A stretch of DNA of 64,000 nt, from the NCBI GenBank assembly GCA_045654385.1, contig JAZONG010000114.1, forward strand, positions 6,651 through 70,650, given 5' to 3'. A program made the position numbers and the translations under genes. Of this stretch, positions 30,701-40,534 are shown piece after piece. Each line of letters begins with the position of its first letter. Within the stretch, counting starts at the first letter, position 1. The notes under the pieces are model-generated. The model was not told where the DNA came from, did no database searches, and saw only the letters and a program-made list of their open reading frames with translations. Source of the DNA: Alistipes sp. (GTDB lineage Bacteria; Bacteroidota; Bacteroidia; Bacteroidales; Rikenellaceae).

Positions 30701-30985
30701 CGTTTGCAGTACGATGACTACTACACATCGGCATCTTCGAGCCGTTTCTTGACAAGTGCATCGTACTTCAACATCCAGAACATCACCTTGGGATATACCG
30801 TTCCTGCGAACATCACTCGCAAGTTTATGGTTCACAAGTTGCGTGTATATGTATCGTGCGACAATGTTTGGTACTTCTCGAAGCGTCAAGGTTTCGATCC
30901 TCGTCAGTCAATCTCGGGTAGCACCACACCTTATAACTACTCTCCTATCCGTACATTCTCGGGAGGTGTAACTATCACATTCTAA
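27770..30985 (+). CDS. SusC/RagA family TonB-dependent transporter
   Basis: Signal peptide, CarboxypepD-like N-domain, plug motifs (PLWVVDG, KDAASNALYGARGANGVIMVTTK), C-terminal Phe. Confidence 0.97.
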   Translation: MLMVKKIMLSIAAILFASISVFAQNKQVSGSVTGTDGYPVVGATVVVDGTTIGTSTDLQGNYTLSAPTNGTLVFSFIGYEDTKVEINGKTAINVVLKEASKTIDDVIVIAFGEAKKDAFTGSAKVVSADDLSKTQSTNISDALVGKVAGMQTTSSSGRPGSSQSISIRGIGSVNAGTAPLWVVDGMIYEGDINNINPADIESITVQKDAASNALYGARGANGVIMVTTKRARIGDATITFDGKWGLNTRALQTYDYVDNASEYYELHYRALYNKFYGAEKDHLKAHKQANELLTSNNPGGLGYNVMTVPAGQYLIGTNGKMNPNATEGRKVTYKGKDYWLQPDDWMNALYKPSFRQEYNVNVAAANDKGSFFASFGYLDNDGIIDGSHNERYTTRLRADYQAKKWLKVGGNFSYTNFTWESGDDVDYEGSSDANVFATAVNTAPIYPIYIRDGKGNHTYDQWGFKVYDIGNGANAGSMRTTGGMSNELQDIQLNRYVSEGNSFSAKGFAEIRFYRDLKFRFNAGSDVDETRHSTLLNPYYGQFATEGGIVSKEHQRIITYNLEQLLNYTHTFDNMHNIDILAGHVSYDYKGYSLGATKAKMYSYEYDELNGLVVDKQSANSYRSHYNTEGYLFRAQYDFDQRVHAMVSYRRDASSNFHPDHRWGNFWAISAGWLINREHWFKASFVDMLKVKASYGVQGNDNIPSYLYVDQYTISNDGQDGISTIFGVKGNPNITWETNGNLNIGVEFSLWGGRLYGGLDYFNRKTTDMLFSLSVAPSLGYTSYYTNIGDMVNNGFELELGADIFRKKNFVWNVSLNMAHYSNKVTRLPEEYRSHTTTDGKVAGYDNGSYFLAEGYSRWTWYLPTYAGVSENGESLWWYYDPMDNNKRKTTNEYSLASSYGRELQGDATPDLYGGINTSMQFYGVDFSANFTYQIGGLAYDSGYASMMGSPMQTSTGFAFHRDLWDAWTYDKPSNSPRLQYDDYYTSASSSRFLTSASYFNIQNITLGYTVPANITRKFMVHKLRVYVSCDNVWYFSKRQGFDPRQSISGSTTPYNYSPIRTFSGGVTITF

Positions 30986-31009
30986 TAATGCAAGAAAGGA
31001 GATCAAGAT

Positions 31010-32692
31010 ATGAAAATGAATAATATATACAGAATAGCAGTTTTGATGCTCGGCGCAACAATGTTGGCTACGAGCTGTATTCAGGAGCCTATTCCTTTGA
31101 ATGGTATTGCCACTCAGGATAGAATCGAGAATGACCCTGAAAGCGAGATTGAACACAAGAGCAACAGTATGCACACCATTCTTATCAAGAATACGGTGAC
31201 AGGCGAGGACTTCGACTTCGGTCTTCCATCGTTGTATGCTGCATTTGACCGTTCAATCGGTGAGGTGTTGCCTTCGAACGCATATAGCGGAGGTAACCCA
31301 TACTACGACCGTTTCCAGTACTACGCATACCAGTTCGGTATCGGCCCTGGTGGAGCTTGCGTATTGGTATGGCACAACTACTACCAGTTTATTAAGGCGA
31401 CCAACGATGTACTCAAACTCATTGGCGACGACGAGAAGTACACCGAGTTGCGAGGCCGTGCAAAGGCTTTCCGTGCTCACCACTACCTCGATTTATCTCG
31501 CTATTGCGATGCTCTCTACGCAGAGTCGGAGTATGCGGACTACATTCCTGCATTGGTGAAGGTTGATGGCTTGACAGTACCTATCGTAACCGAGGATGCT
31601 ACCGAGGCTTCGACTCGTAACAACCCTCGTGCAAGGCGTGAGGTTATGTTCCAGTTCATCTTTGATGACTTGAACGAGGCAGAGGAGTGCTTGAAGGGAG
31701 CAACTGCTACCGAGAAGAACTTGCCGTCGTTGGCAGTAGTTTATGGTTTGAAGGCTCGTGCATACCTCTGGTTGGGAGGTTTCAAGCCTGGCGTTTACGA
31801 CACAACCAAGTATCCTGATGTAGTTACCGGTAACGATGCTTACAAGAAGGCTGCCGAGTATGCTCGCAAGGCTATTGACGAGTCGGGTTGTACCCCGCTT
31901 ACCGAGAGCCAGTACTGCGATCCTATCACCGGCTTCAACAAGATTAACAACGCTTGGATGTGGGGTATGATTCAGTCGAGCAAGACTGTTCTCTCGAACC
32001 TCCACTCGTGGGCTACCCATATGAGTTGTATGGCAGGTTGGGCTTATGGATCAGGTACACAGCCGGGTGTTCGTAAGGCTACCTACGATCGTATGTCAAA
32101 TTCGGACTTCCGCAAGAAGATTATCGTTGGCCCTGACACTTCGTATGCAAACTACAAGAAGGTTACCAACTTCACCGAGAACGAGTGGTACACCTTTGGT
32201 ATGGAGGGTGCGGGTATGCGTACCTACGCACATATGAAGTTCCGCACCGGTAACGGCGAGAAGGTAAATAGTTCGGTTGGTAGCGTTGTAGATATTCCTA
32301 TGATGCGTGTCGAGGAGATGTACTTCATCGAGGCTGAGGCTACTGCACACTTCAACGAGAATGGCGGTAAGCAACTCATCATCGACTTTATGACCAAGCA
32401 CCGTGATCCGAAGTACACAATCACCTACACCGCAGACCTCGTAGAGGAGATTATCTTCCAGAAGCGTGTTGAGTTGTGGGGCGAGGGTGTTCTCTTCTTC
32501 GACTTCAAGCGTTTGAATATGGGTATCGACAATGCATACTCGGGTACAAACGCTCCGGCAGGTCTTAAATTCGAGACTTACGGTCGTTGTCCTGCTTGGA
32601 ACATCTGTATTCCTTCGTCTGAGGAGCAGCAGAATGTTGCAATCAAGGGCTTCAACAACCCTGACCCATCGCAGTCTATTACATCACATTAA
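31010..32692 (+). CDS. SusD/RagB family outer-membrane lipoprotein
   Basis: Lipobox LATSC; RA..YL.L, LKARAYL, MRVEEMYFIEAEA and RVELWGEG..FFDFKR motifs. Confidence 0.95.
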   Translation: MKMNNIYRIAVLMLGATMLATSCIQEPIPLNGIATQDRIENDPESEIEHKSNSMHTILIKNTVTGEDFDFGLPSLYAAFDRSIGEVLPSNAYSGGNPYYDRFQYYAYQFGIGPGGACVLVWHNYYQFIKATNDVLKLIGDDEKYTELRGRAKAFRAHHYLDLSRYCDALYAESEYADYIPALVKVDGLTVPIVTEDATEASTRNNPRARREVMFQFIFDDLNEAEECLKGATATEKNLPSLAVVYGLKARAYLWLGGFKPGVYDTTKYPDVVTGNDAYKKAAEYARKAIDESGCTPLTESQYCDPITGFNKINNAWMWGMIQSSKTVLSNLHSWATHMSCMAGWAYGSGTQPGVRKATYDRMSNSDFRKKIIVGPDTSYANYKKVTNFTENEWYTFGMEGAGMRTYAHMKFRTGNGEKVNSSVGSVVDIPMMRVEEMYFIEAEATAHFNENGGKQLIIDFMTKHRDPKYTITYTADLVEEIIFQKRVELWGEGVLFFDFKRLNMGIDNAYSGTNAPAGLKFETYGRCPAWNICIPSSEEQQNVAIKGFNNPDPSQSITSH

Positions 32693-32741
32693 TAGGGGCG
32701 TATAACGGATATTGTAGAACATAAACAAGACAATATATAGT

Positions 32742-35327
32742 ATGAAAAATATCAAGATGTTATTTATCGCCCTCTTGGCGTTGGTTGCAGGAGTATTTGC
32801 TTCGTGCGTTACCGACCCATACACTCCGGGCGAGCCTGTTAGTGGCCCACAGGTATTTTTCCCAAAGAACAACCCTACTACGATAGGATTCTTGGAGGAG
32901 AGTGGCAAAGGCAAGTTTGAACTCACACTCAAACGAGTTGCCACCGAGAAGCCTCTTTGGGTATATATTATGATTGAGCCGCACGACAATATGGACAAGG
33001 AGTCTATCAAGGAGTTCAATATGCCGGATGAGGTTGATGCATACTTCGAGGCTGGTAGCGATACCGCAATCATCGAGATTGAGGTACCTGAGCTCTCGAA
33101 CCTCTTTGCCTCAAAGACCTACACCTATAACTTCGTTATCGAGGAGACATTCACTACCCCTTATGGCGACAAGGAGTGGGTTGTAGAGTTCAGCATCGAT
33201 CCTTGGTTGTTGGTTAAGGATGCAAATGGCAACGATGCAAAGGCGAAGCTTCGTGCAGGAACTATCCTTGCAGAGTTCTGGGGTGCAACAAGTTTGTTGG
33301 AGCTTGAGGTGGACCTCTACAAGCACAAGACCGACGAGCGTTATAAGATTAAGAACCCTTGGGCAAGCATCTTCGAGATTGCTTTTGGTTACAGCAAGGA
33401 GATTCTCTCGGATCCGACAGGTGGTGTATTTACATTCAACAATGCTGACTTGGTATTCGATTGCACAAATCCTGACAATGTATCTATCGAGTATCAGTCA
33501 ACAGGCGTAAACGAGTTTTATAACGGCTATGGCGTTGCCTATGTCGAGGGACGAGGCGGTTCGTTGGAGGATGGCGTTATTACCTTCCCTAAGGGCGGAC
33601 TCTACTTCGGACACGAGAAGATGATGGAGCTCTACAAGGACCAACTCACTTGGGCTGACTTCAAGTGCGACCTCGACGGTATGTTCCGACTCCTCTTCCC
33701 TGGCGTTAAGGCGAAGGACTACGACCTCGGCGTATCTTACGAAGGTATGGAGGTTGGCCTTGACCACGAGCAGGCTTATGCTAAATTTGCATTCGCTTAT
33801 GGTGTAGATGTTGCTGCTATCAAGTATCTCATCGTAAATGGCGACATCGAGTATTACAGCAACGACATCGCTACCGCAGTTGCAACTCTGGTAGCAGGTA
33901 CAGACGAGAATATCTGCACCGTAGAGAACTTTATCAAGGGCGATAACTTGCAGAATGTTAAACTCGCTTTGGAGCACGGCCTCTACACTATGGTTGCTGT
34001 TCCGGTAGATGACACGGGTAAGGTTCGCACGAAGGATGTTGCCGTAACTCCGTTCTACTTCGTAGGACTTGGTGCTACACAGGATCTCTCGTGCCAACTC
34101 GATGTAACACTCAAAGATGTAGGTACAACAGATTATAGCAAACTTACAACGCACCCTGATTATGTATCAATGGCACTTGTCGTTAAAGGTGAGTTGTTGA
34201 AGTCGGCTCAGTACTTCTTTGTTGAGACCGCCGAGTTGAAGACATTCGTTAAGACTCAGATTGAGGAGAGTGTATTCGCTACCGAAGCGGAGGTATATGA
34301 CTATTTACTCGAAGTTAGTGGTAACACTGTTCCGCAGGATAAACTCCTCGAAACACACCACTCGGGTGAGATGAGAAGTTTCTTTGGTGGTATCAACCCA
34401 GAGTATCAGTTGAAGCCTGAGACAAATTATAGCGTTCTCTTCAAGGCGAAGAACTCTTACGATAAGGAGGCATTCACAATCAAGGAGTTCTCGACTTCGA
34501 AAGCACCTTTGTACACCGGTGAGGTAAAACTTGGCGACTACCTGATGGCTAACACCTACATATTTAATGACGAAGCAGGCAAGGTTCAGAAGGCCGAGTT
34601 CGATAATGTATTTACACTCACTAATATCGTAGGCTTCAATGACCAGTTCTATGTAACCAACCTGGGTATCGAGGATGGTTATTCGTGGTATGCTAAATAC
34701 GACTCTGCAACCAAGTTACTCACATTGAATGGTACTGTTAAGGGTATGTTGGCGTATGGTAACATCTTCAACTATATGCAGATTGGCTTGGCTGCTGACG
34801 AGTATGGTAATATGGTGGCTTGTACTACATATTGGACTATCAACCCTGACAACAAGGATAGCGAGTATAACGATCCTCTCATCATCACGGTTGATGAAAC
34901 AACAAATCAGCCTAAGGGCTTGAAGACCGAGTTGCGCTTGCCATATATCGTATTTGAGAGTATGGACGATTATGAGCTTCTCGGCTGGCTCAAAGTATTC
35001 GAGGCTAATAAGACCACTATTACCCCTTATGTTCCAAGCGAGGAGGAGAGTGACGAGAACACTACTACCCCTGAGGTTGGTGGCAACGAGAATGGCGGTA
35101 ACAATGATGGCAACATCGTATATAAGAGTTCGAGAAGTGTGGCTATCCCATTCTGCAGCAAGGGTGTTCTCAAAGCATTGCAGCCATACGGCAAACTTCG
35201 TTCGCTTGCAATCAGCGAGTTTGCGGAGTCAACTCAGCCTAAGTTGCGTTTTGTAAAACCTGCATCGGCAGGTACTTACACTCCGGAGGCGAAGGAACTT
35301 CGCTCTTTGAAGTTCAACGCACGCTAA
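32742..35327 (+). CDS. Large surface lipoprotein of unknown function (SusE/F position)
   Basis: Lipobox FASC; acidic, beta-rich 861-aa ORF directly after susD; no catalytic motif recognised. Confidence 0.85.
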   Translation: MKNIKMLFIALLALVAGVFASCVTDPYTPGEPVSGPQVFFPKNNPTTIGFLEESGKGKFELTLKRVATEKPLWVYIMIEPHDNMDKESIKEFNMPDEVDAYFEAGSDTAIIEIEVPELSNLFASKTYTYNFVIEETFTTPYGDKEWVVEFSIDPWLLVKDANGNDAKAKLRAGTILAEFWGATSLLELEVDLYKHKTDERYKIKNPWASIFEIAFGYSKEILSDPTGGVFTFNNADLVFDCTNPDNVSIEYQSTGVNEFYNGYGVAYVEGRGGSLEDGVITFPKGGLYFGHEKMMELYKDQLTWADFKCDLDGMFRLLFPGVKAKDYDLGVSYEGMEVGLDHEQAYAKFAFAYGVDVAAIKYLIVNGDIEYYSNDIATAVATLVAGTDENICTVENFIKGDNLQNVKLALEHGLYTMVAVPVDDTGKVRTKDVAVTPFYFVGLGATQDLSCQLDVTLKDVGTTDYSKLTTHPDYVSMALVVKGELLKSAQYFFVETAELKTFVKTQIEESVFATEAEVYDYLLEVSGNTVPQDKLLETHHSGEMRSFFGGINPEYQLKPETNYSVLFKAKNSYDKEAFTIKEFSTSKAPLYTGEVKLGDYLMANTYIFNDEAGKVQKAEFDNVFTLTNIVGFNDQFYVTNLGIEDGYSWYAKYDSATKLLTLNGTVKGMLAYGNIFNYMQIGLAADEYGNMVACTTYWTINPDNKDSEYNDPLIITVDETTNQPKGLKTELRLPYIVFESMDDYELLGWLKVFEANKTTITPYVPSEEESDENTTTPEVGGNENGGNNDGNIVYKSSRSVAIPFCSKGVLKALQPYGKLRSLAISEFAESTQPKLRFVKPASAGTYTPEAKELRSLKFNAR

Positions 35328-35339
35328 TTTGGCGAAATA

Positions 35340-35382
35340 GCACCATTAGGCCGACCGCACTGTAACGGTCGGCTTATGGTGT
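35340..35382 (+). other. Intra-operon hairpin (attenuating terminator or mRNA stabiliser)
   Basis: caccattaggccgaccg-loop-cggtcggcttatggtg, with no clear U-tract. Confidence 0.65.
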
Positions 35383-35426
35383 CTAAAAAGAGGATATATA
35401 ATTATAGGTATAATTTAGTTTAACAG

Positions 35427-37460
35427 ATGTATCGACTTATTAGAAGTTTATGCGCAATGGGTGCGTTGGCTATAACATTAGTACAATGTACTCAGATGCC
35501 TAACGATGAGGTTTTAGTGAACGGAGGAAGTAATCCGCTCGCTGCAAAGATTATTCACAACTCGGAGGGTGCTTCGAATGGAATGTTGCTCGTAAAGTTC
35601 AACGAGAACACTACCCTTGCAATCGAGAGTGCATCACGCAGTGGAGAGGTTACCCGCACCAACAGCGAGAAGTTGAACGGCGTATTGGATAATATCGGCG
35701 CAGAGTCGATTGTTCGACTCTTCCCTATTGATGAGCGTCACGAGGAGCGTACCCGTAAGGCAGGTTTGCACCGCTGGTACATCATCAACTTCGATAAGCA
35801 GCAGTCGCTCGATGATGCGGCAACCCGCCTTTCGGAGATTGATGCCATAGAGAAGGTGCAATTCAACACCCGTGTCACTCTACCACAGCCTCAACGAGTC
35901 GCTAACGCCCCGACAGTAGCAACTACGACCACTCGTCTTTCGACTCCGCAGTTCAACGACCCAATGGCACATTTGCAGTGGGATTTCAAGAACAATGGCG
36001 ATTACAAATATAACGATGAGATTGTTGGTGTAGCAGGTATGGATATCAATGTTCACGAGGCGTGGAAGTACACCACAGGCGACCGCTCGATTGTCGTAGC
36101 GGTAATGGACCAGGGTATTGACTACACTCACGAGGACTTGGCTGCCAATATGTGGGTAAACGAGGGCGAAATACCGGGCGATGGCATCGACAACGACAAG
36201 AACGGATATGTCGATGATATTCACGGCTTCAACTTCGTTACAGCTATCTACAAGAATGGCAAGTATACAAACGGCGATATAGACTGGAATATGGGCGGAG
36301 ATGACTGCGGTCACGGAACTCACTGCGCAGGAACTATCGCAGCCGTAAACAACAACGGCATAGGCATAAACGGCGTTGCAGGCGGCAATGGCTCAGGCAC
36401 TGGTGTACGCTTGATGTCGTCGCAGATATTCGGTGGTAGCGAGGAGAATAGTGGCAACAGTTCGGTCGTGGCTCAGGCGTTCAAATATGCGGCTGATAAT
36501 GGCGCTGTAATATCGAATAATTCGTGGGGTATGCCACCACGAGAAGGACAGGATGACGGTTGGTTCGAATACCTCGATGGAGGTGCCGAGTTCGAGGCAA
36601 TAAAGTACTTCACAAAGGTACAAAACCACGATACACTCAAAGGAGGCCTTGTGATTTTTGCCGCAGGAAACAACGGTATGGATCGTGTAAGTTATCCTGG
36701 TTCATATCGTGACTTTATCTGCGTATCTTCGTTTGGAGTTGACGGTATGCCGGCAGGCTACTCCAACCACGGTCCGGGCGTAAATATCGCTGCTCCTGGT
36801 GGAGATCAGGATCGTCACGGCAATGCGGGCGGAATTCTCTCTACCGCATCGGAGGGATACTACGGTGTAGAGTTGGTGGATGGAAAACCATACACTTTCT
36901 TCCAGGGTACCTCTATGGCGTGTCCGCACGTAACCGGTGTGGCTGCGCTCGGTTTATCGTATGCGAATGCTCTCAACAAGAGTTTCTCGTTGGATGAGTT
37001 CAAATCGAAGATTTTGCTCTCGGTAAATGATATTGATGGCGACTTAATGCATCCTAACTTCTCCAAATATCTCGGTAAGATGGGTACAGGTCGTATTGAC
37101 GCATTCCGTATGTTGATGAATGTGGAGGGCATCACCTGTATTCCTGTCCAGAAGGGCACGGAGCGCTTCAAAATTGAGATGAGCAATTATTTGGCCAATG
37201 GTGAAGCGAAACTCAAAGTAACCGACTTTATTATCAGCGACAAGGACAAGAAGAAGTTGGGTATAACCTTTACTCGTATTGGCTCGAACAATCTGATTAC
37301 AATCACTTGCAACAATGTAGGCTCGGCTATTGTGAGCGTAAAAATGATTGCCGGTGGCGATAAGGTTGGTACAAACGACAACCCTGGCGGTATGGAGATT
37401 ACCAAGCAGTTTGCATTGATTGTGCGTGATGGCTTCACCACAAATGGAGGTTGGATGTAG
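35427..37460 (+). CDS. S8 (subtilisin) family serine protease, probable lipoprotein
   Basis: Catalytic triad VAVMDQG, HGTHCAG and GTSMACPH; oxyanion AAGN; N-terminal prodomain; Cys after the signal peptide. Confidence 0.95.
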   Translation: MYRLIRSLCAMGALAITLVQCTQMPNDEVLVNGGSNPLAAKIIHNSEGASNGMLLVKFNENTTLAIESASRSGEVTRTNSEKLNGVLDNIGAESIVRLFPIDERHEERTRKAGLHRWYIINFDKQQSLDDAATRLSEIDAIEKVQFNTRVTLPQPQRVANAPTVATTTTRLSTPQFNDPMAHLQWDFKNNGDYKYNDEIVGVAGMDINVHEAWKYTTGDRSIVVAVMDQGIDYTHEDLAANMWVNEGEIPGDGIDNDKNGYVDDIHGFNFVTAIYKNGKYTNGDIDWNMGGDDCGHGTHCAGTIAAVNNNGIGINGVAGGNGSGTGVRLMSSQIFGGSEENSGNSSVVAQAFKYAADNGAVISNNSWGMPPREGQDDGWFEYLDGGAEFEAIKYFTKVQNHDTLKGGLVIFAAGNNGMDRVSYPGSYRDFICVSSFGVDGMPAGYSNHGPGVNIAAPGGDQDRHGNAGGILSTASEGYYGVELVDGKPYTFFQGTSMACPHVTGVAALGLSYANALNKSFSLDEFKSKILLSVNDIDGDLMHPNFSKYLGKMGTGRIDAFRMLMNVEGITCIPVQKGTERFKIEMSNYLANGEAKLKVTDFIISDKDKKKLGITFTRIGSNNLITITCNNVGSAIVSVKMIAGGDKVGTNDNPGGMEITKQFALIVRDGFTTNGGWM

Positions 37461-37470
37461 AATCTAAAAT

Positions 37471-37986
37471 ATGAAGAGTATGAAATTTTCGAAGATATTT
37501 TTAGTAGTAGCAATCGCTCTCTTTGCTGTTGTTGGTTGTGGAAATCCTGACAATGGCGGTAATGGCGGAGATGTAGATACCACCAAGTGGGAGAACGAAG
37601 GCACACTCGTTGGCGAGTGGGAACTCACTTCGTGGAGTGGCAACAACGAGGCAAAACCTCTCATCTACCTCATTCTTAACGAGGATGGCTCATTCGATAT
37701 GTACCAGAAGATCTACGCATACAAATGGGTTCACTACGATGGTAGTTTCACCGTATTGGAGGATAATATCCTTACGGGCGAGTATTCGGATGGCGAGAAG
37801 TGGCACGGTGCCTACACCATCCACTATGCCGAGGATCCAACTCGTATCCGTCTTACAAATGTTAATGAAGAGAAAGAGGTGCTTATCTACACCGAGAGCG
37901 TAGTTCCTGCATCGGTACTCGAAGAGGCTCAGGGTGCATCGCAACCCGAGGCTGTTCGCTCGGTTACCGTTGAGAGATTTCTCTAA
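37471..37986 (+). CDS. Lipocalin-like lipoprotein
   Basis: Lipobox VVGC; LVGEWEL and DGSF motifs. Confidence 0.75.
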   Translation: MKSMKFSKIFLVVAIALFAVVGCGNPDNGGNGGDVDTTKWENEGTLVGEWELTSWSGNNEAKPLIYLILNEDGSFDMYQKIYAYKWVHYDGSFTVLEDNILTGEYSDGEKWHGAYTIHYAEDPTRIRLTNVNEEKEVLIYTESVVPASVLEEAQGASQPEAVRSVTVERFL

Positions 37987-38004
37987 AATCGAGGAATACC
38001 TTAT

Positions 38005-38046
38005 ATAAATAATAGGGGCGAGAGTTTTCTCGCCCCTATTATTTAT
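38005..38046. terminator. Bidirectional terminator
   Basis: ataaataataggggcgaga-gttt-tctcgcccctattatttat, a perfect 19-bp stem between convergent genes. Confidence 0.92.
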
Positions 38047-38058
38047 GTGTAGCCTTTT

Positions 38059-38565
38059 TTAGAATGGCAAATCATCATCTTGATTTGAATGTGGAATGGT
38101 AGGCTGTGCTACAACAGGCTGCGGCTCTTCCATTGGTGGGACAACCGGCTGCGCAGGTGCCTGATATACAGGCTGCGCAGGCTGCATTGGCTGCGCATAG
38201 TCCTGAACTACGCCGGGAGCCGACTGCGGAGCATCAATACGACGACCAAGCAACTTCATCTCGGTTGCCACAATCTCGGTAGTGTAGCGCTTCTGGTTAT
38301 CCTTATCGGTCCACTCACGGGTACGCAACGAACCCTCAACATAGAGTTGGCTACCCTTATGTACATATTTATCAACTACATCTGCCAAACCACGCCACAA
38401 GGTTACGGTGTGCCACTCGGTCAACTCCTTTGCCTCGTTGGTCTGCTTATCGAAATAGCGCTCGGTTGTTGCCAAACGAATACGAGCAACCTTTACACCC
38501 GACTCCAAAGCACGCACCTCAGGGTCAAGACCTACATTTCCTACTAAAATAACTTTGTTTATCAT
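38059..38565 (-). CDS. ssb: Single-stranded DNA-binding protein
   Basis: NKVILVGNVG.DPE, TEWH and VEGSLRTR motifs; C-terminal DDDLPF. Confidence 0.97.
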   Translation of the reverse strand: MINKVILVGNVGLDPEVRALESGVKVARIRLATTERYFDKQTNEAKELTEWHTVTLWRGLADVVDKYVHKGSQLYVEGSLRTREWTDKDNQKRYTTEIVATEMKLLGRRIDAPQSAPGVVQDYAQPMQPAQPVYQAPAQPVVPPMEEPQPVVAQPTIPHSNQDDDLPF

Positions 38566-38577
38566 ATCCTTCTGTTT

Positions 38578-39381
38578 TTATAACTCTCTGATTAACTCTG
38601 TGAACAAGCGAGCCATACGCTCACCCGCCTTTTTACCCTGCAACTGCACATCCTCGTGGTCGCCCTTCTCGTCGCTCAAACCACAGTTTGTAATAACCGA
38701 TACACCAAAGCACGGAACACTCATATGGCGTGCCACAATAACCTCCGGTACGGTGGACATACCTACGGCATCGCCACCAATCGCCTTAAAGTAACGATAC
38801 TCGGCCTGAGTCTCGAAGGTCGGACCCGTAGTGCCGACATAGACACCATACTGCAACTTGATATGCTCACGATCGGCAATTGCAGTTGCCTTGTTGCGAA
38901 TGGCGTGGCTGTAACAATCGTGCATATCAGGGAATCGAGGTCCAAACTCTGCCATATTTGGGCCGATAAGCGGATTTGGCAAGAGGTTGATATGGTCGGT
39001 AATAATCATCAAATCGCCCACACAGAACGATGTATTGATACCTCCCGCCGCATTCGACACAAAGAGGCACTTAATACCGAGCAACGCCATCACACGCACA
39101 GGGAATGTAACCTGCTTCATCGCATAACCCTCGTAGTAGTGGAAGCGGCCCTGCATAGCAACAACCTTTTTGCCACCCACAGTACCGAAGATAAGGCAAC
39201 CCTTATGTCCCTCAACGGTAGATACCGGCATATTCGGAATATCCTTATACTCCAAGCGGTACTCCACATCAATACTATCGACAAAACCTCCCAAACCTGT
39301 GCCGAGGATTATACCCACCTCCGGTTGGAAGTTGTTTGTAGCCTTTTGAATTGCTTTACAAGCCTCTAATATATGCTCCAT
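38578..39381 (-). CDS. punA: Purine-nucleoside phosphorylase (trimeric type)
   Basis: ILGTGLG, VEGHKG, QGRFHYYEG, GPTFET.AE and VGMSTVPE motifs. Confidence 0.95.
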   Translation of the reverse strand: MEHILEACKAIQKATNNFQPEVGIILGTGLGGFVDSIDVEYRLEYKDIPNMPVSTVEGHKGCLIFGTVGGKKVVAMQGRFHYYEGYAMKQVTFPVRVMALLGIKCLFVSNAAGGINTSFCVGDLMIITDHINLLPNPLIGPNMAEFGPRFPDMHDCYSHAIRNKATAIADREHIKLQYGVYVGTTGPTFETQAEYRYFKAIGGDAVGMSTVPEVIVARHMSVPCFGVSVITNCGLSDEKGDHEDVQLQGKKAGERMARLFTELIREL

Positions 39382-40417
39382 TGTCCTTATTTTTTATATC
39401 GTTATCAATTCTTGCAAACAGTTCTGCTCTACTACCTCCCGCAAAGCGCAAAGAGATCTTCTCGTAGAACATCTTGTGGCGCATAGAGCCCGGAATAGCC
39501 GTGCTATGCATCAACTTTACCGCATCCTTTTCGGTTGTCATCACAACCGCATTAGGATATTTGACAAGAAGTTCAGATATATGCTTCAAATCACTCATAC
39601 GATAGGAGTGATGGTCGTCCAAACTGATTGAATCCACAACCTTATATCGTTGTTTCAGCCCTCTATTGAACGCCTCGTTATCTCCGATACCCGACATAGC
39701 AATAACTTCCGCCCCAGGCTCCACCGTATCGTTTACATCTGCAAAAATCGGGCAAGGAGGCATCACCGTCATTCGAGAGAAGAACATTGCCTGCGAAGGC
39801 TTCTCGATAAGCCACATACGCTCACGCATGTTGATAGGCTTCATCATCTCGGGGCACTTGGTAACAATAAAGTAGTGAGCCCTATACAACGACGCCTTCG
39901 TATCACGCAACTGTCCGTATGGGAGCAGATGATCACGCTCAACGGGACGATTGTAGTCGATAAGCACGATATTTATGAGTGGCTCCACATAGCGGTGCTG
40001 GAAGCCATCATCCATAATAATCATATTAACCTCGGGGAACTCCTCACGGATGCGATGAATGGCAAAAGCACGCTTCTCGCACACCACAACCGTAGCATTC
40101 GGAAATTTGCGCTTCATCTGCAACGGCTCATCGCCAACATCCCGATAGTTATCCTCGGTTGTAACTACACGATAGCCCTTGGTTAATCTGCCATAACCTC
40201 GTGAAAGAATAGCCACATTGTAGTTCTCGGAGTAGTGTTCCACGAGCATCTCTACGGTAGGTGTTTTACCAGTTCCGCCGACAGTGATATTGCCGACACA
40301 TATAACCGGAATATCGAAGCGCTCGCTATGGAGTATATTCAAATCGAAGAGCAGATGGCGCAACTTAATTGCTACACCATAACATAGGGATGCTATTTTA
40401 AGAAAAAAACCTTTCAC
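39356..40417 (-). CDS. lpxK: Tetraacyldisaccharide 4'-kinase
   Basis: VGNITVGGTGKTP, SRGYG, GDEP, DDGFQH and TTEKDAVK motifs. Confidence 0.96.
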   Translation of the reverse strand: MKGFFLKIASLCYGVAIKLRHLLFDLNILHSERFDIPVICVGNITVGGTGKTPTVEMLVEHYSENYNVAILSRGYGRLTKGYRVVTTEDNYRDVGDEPLQMKRKFPNATVVVCEKRAFAIHRIREEFPEVNMIIMDDGFQHRYVEPLINIVLIDYNRPVERDHLLPYGQLRDTKASLYRAHYFIVTKCPEMMKPINMRERMWLIEKPSQAMFFSRMTVMPPCPIFADVNDTVEPGAEVIAMSGIGDNEAFNRGLKQRYKVVDSISLDDHHSYRMSDLKHISELLVKYPNAVVMTTEKDAVKLMHSTAIPGSMRHKMFYEKISLRFAGGSRAELFARIDNDIKNKDNGAYIRGL

Positions 40418-40534
40418 GCTCTGTTACAATATAATCCAATCAAAGATACGACAAATTATTTAATTGTGCCAAAATTTTGCACTATATTTTTCTAAAAATT
40501 GGAATTCTTGCTCTTTTTTTCTAATTTTGTCGTT

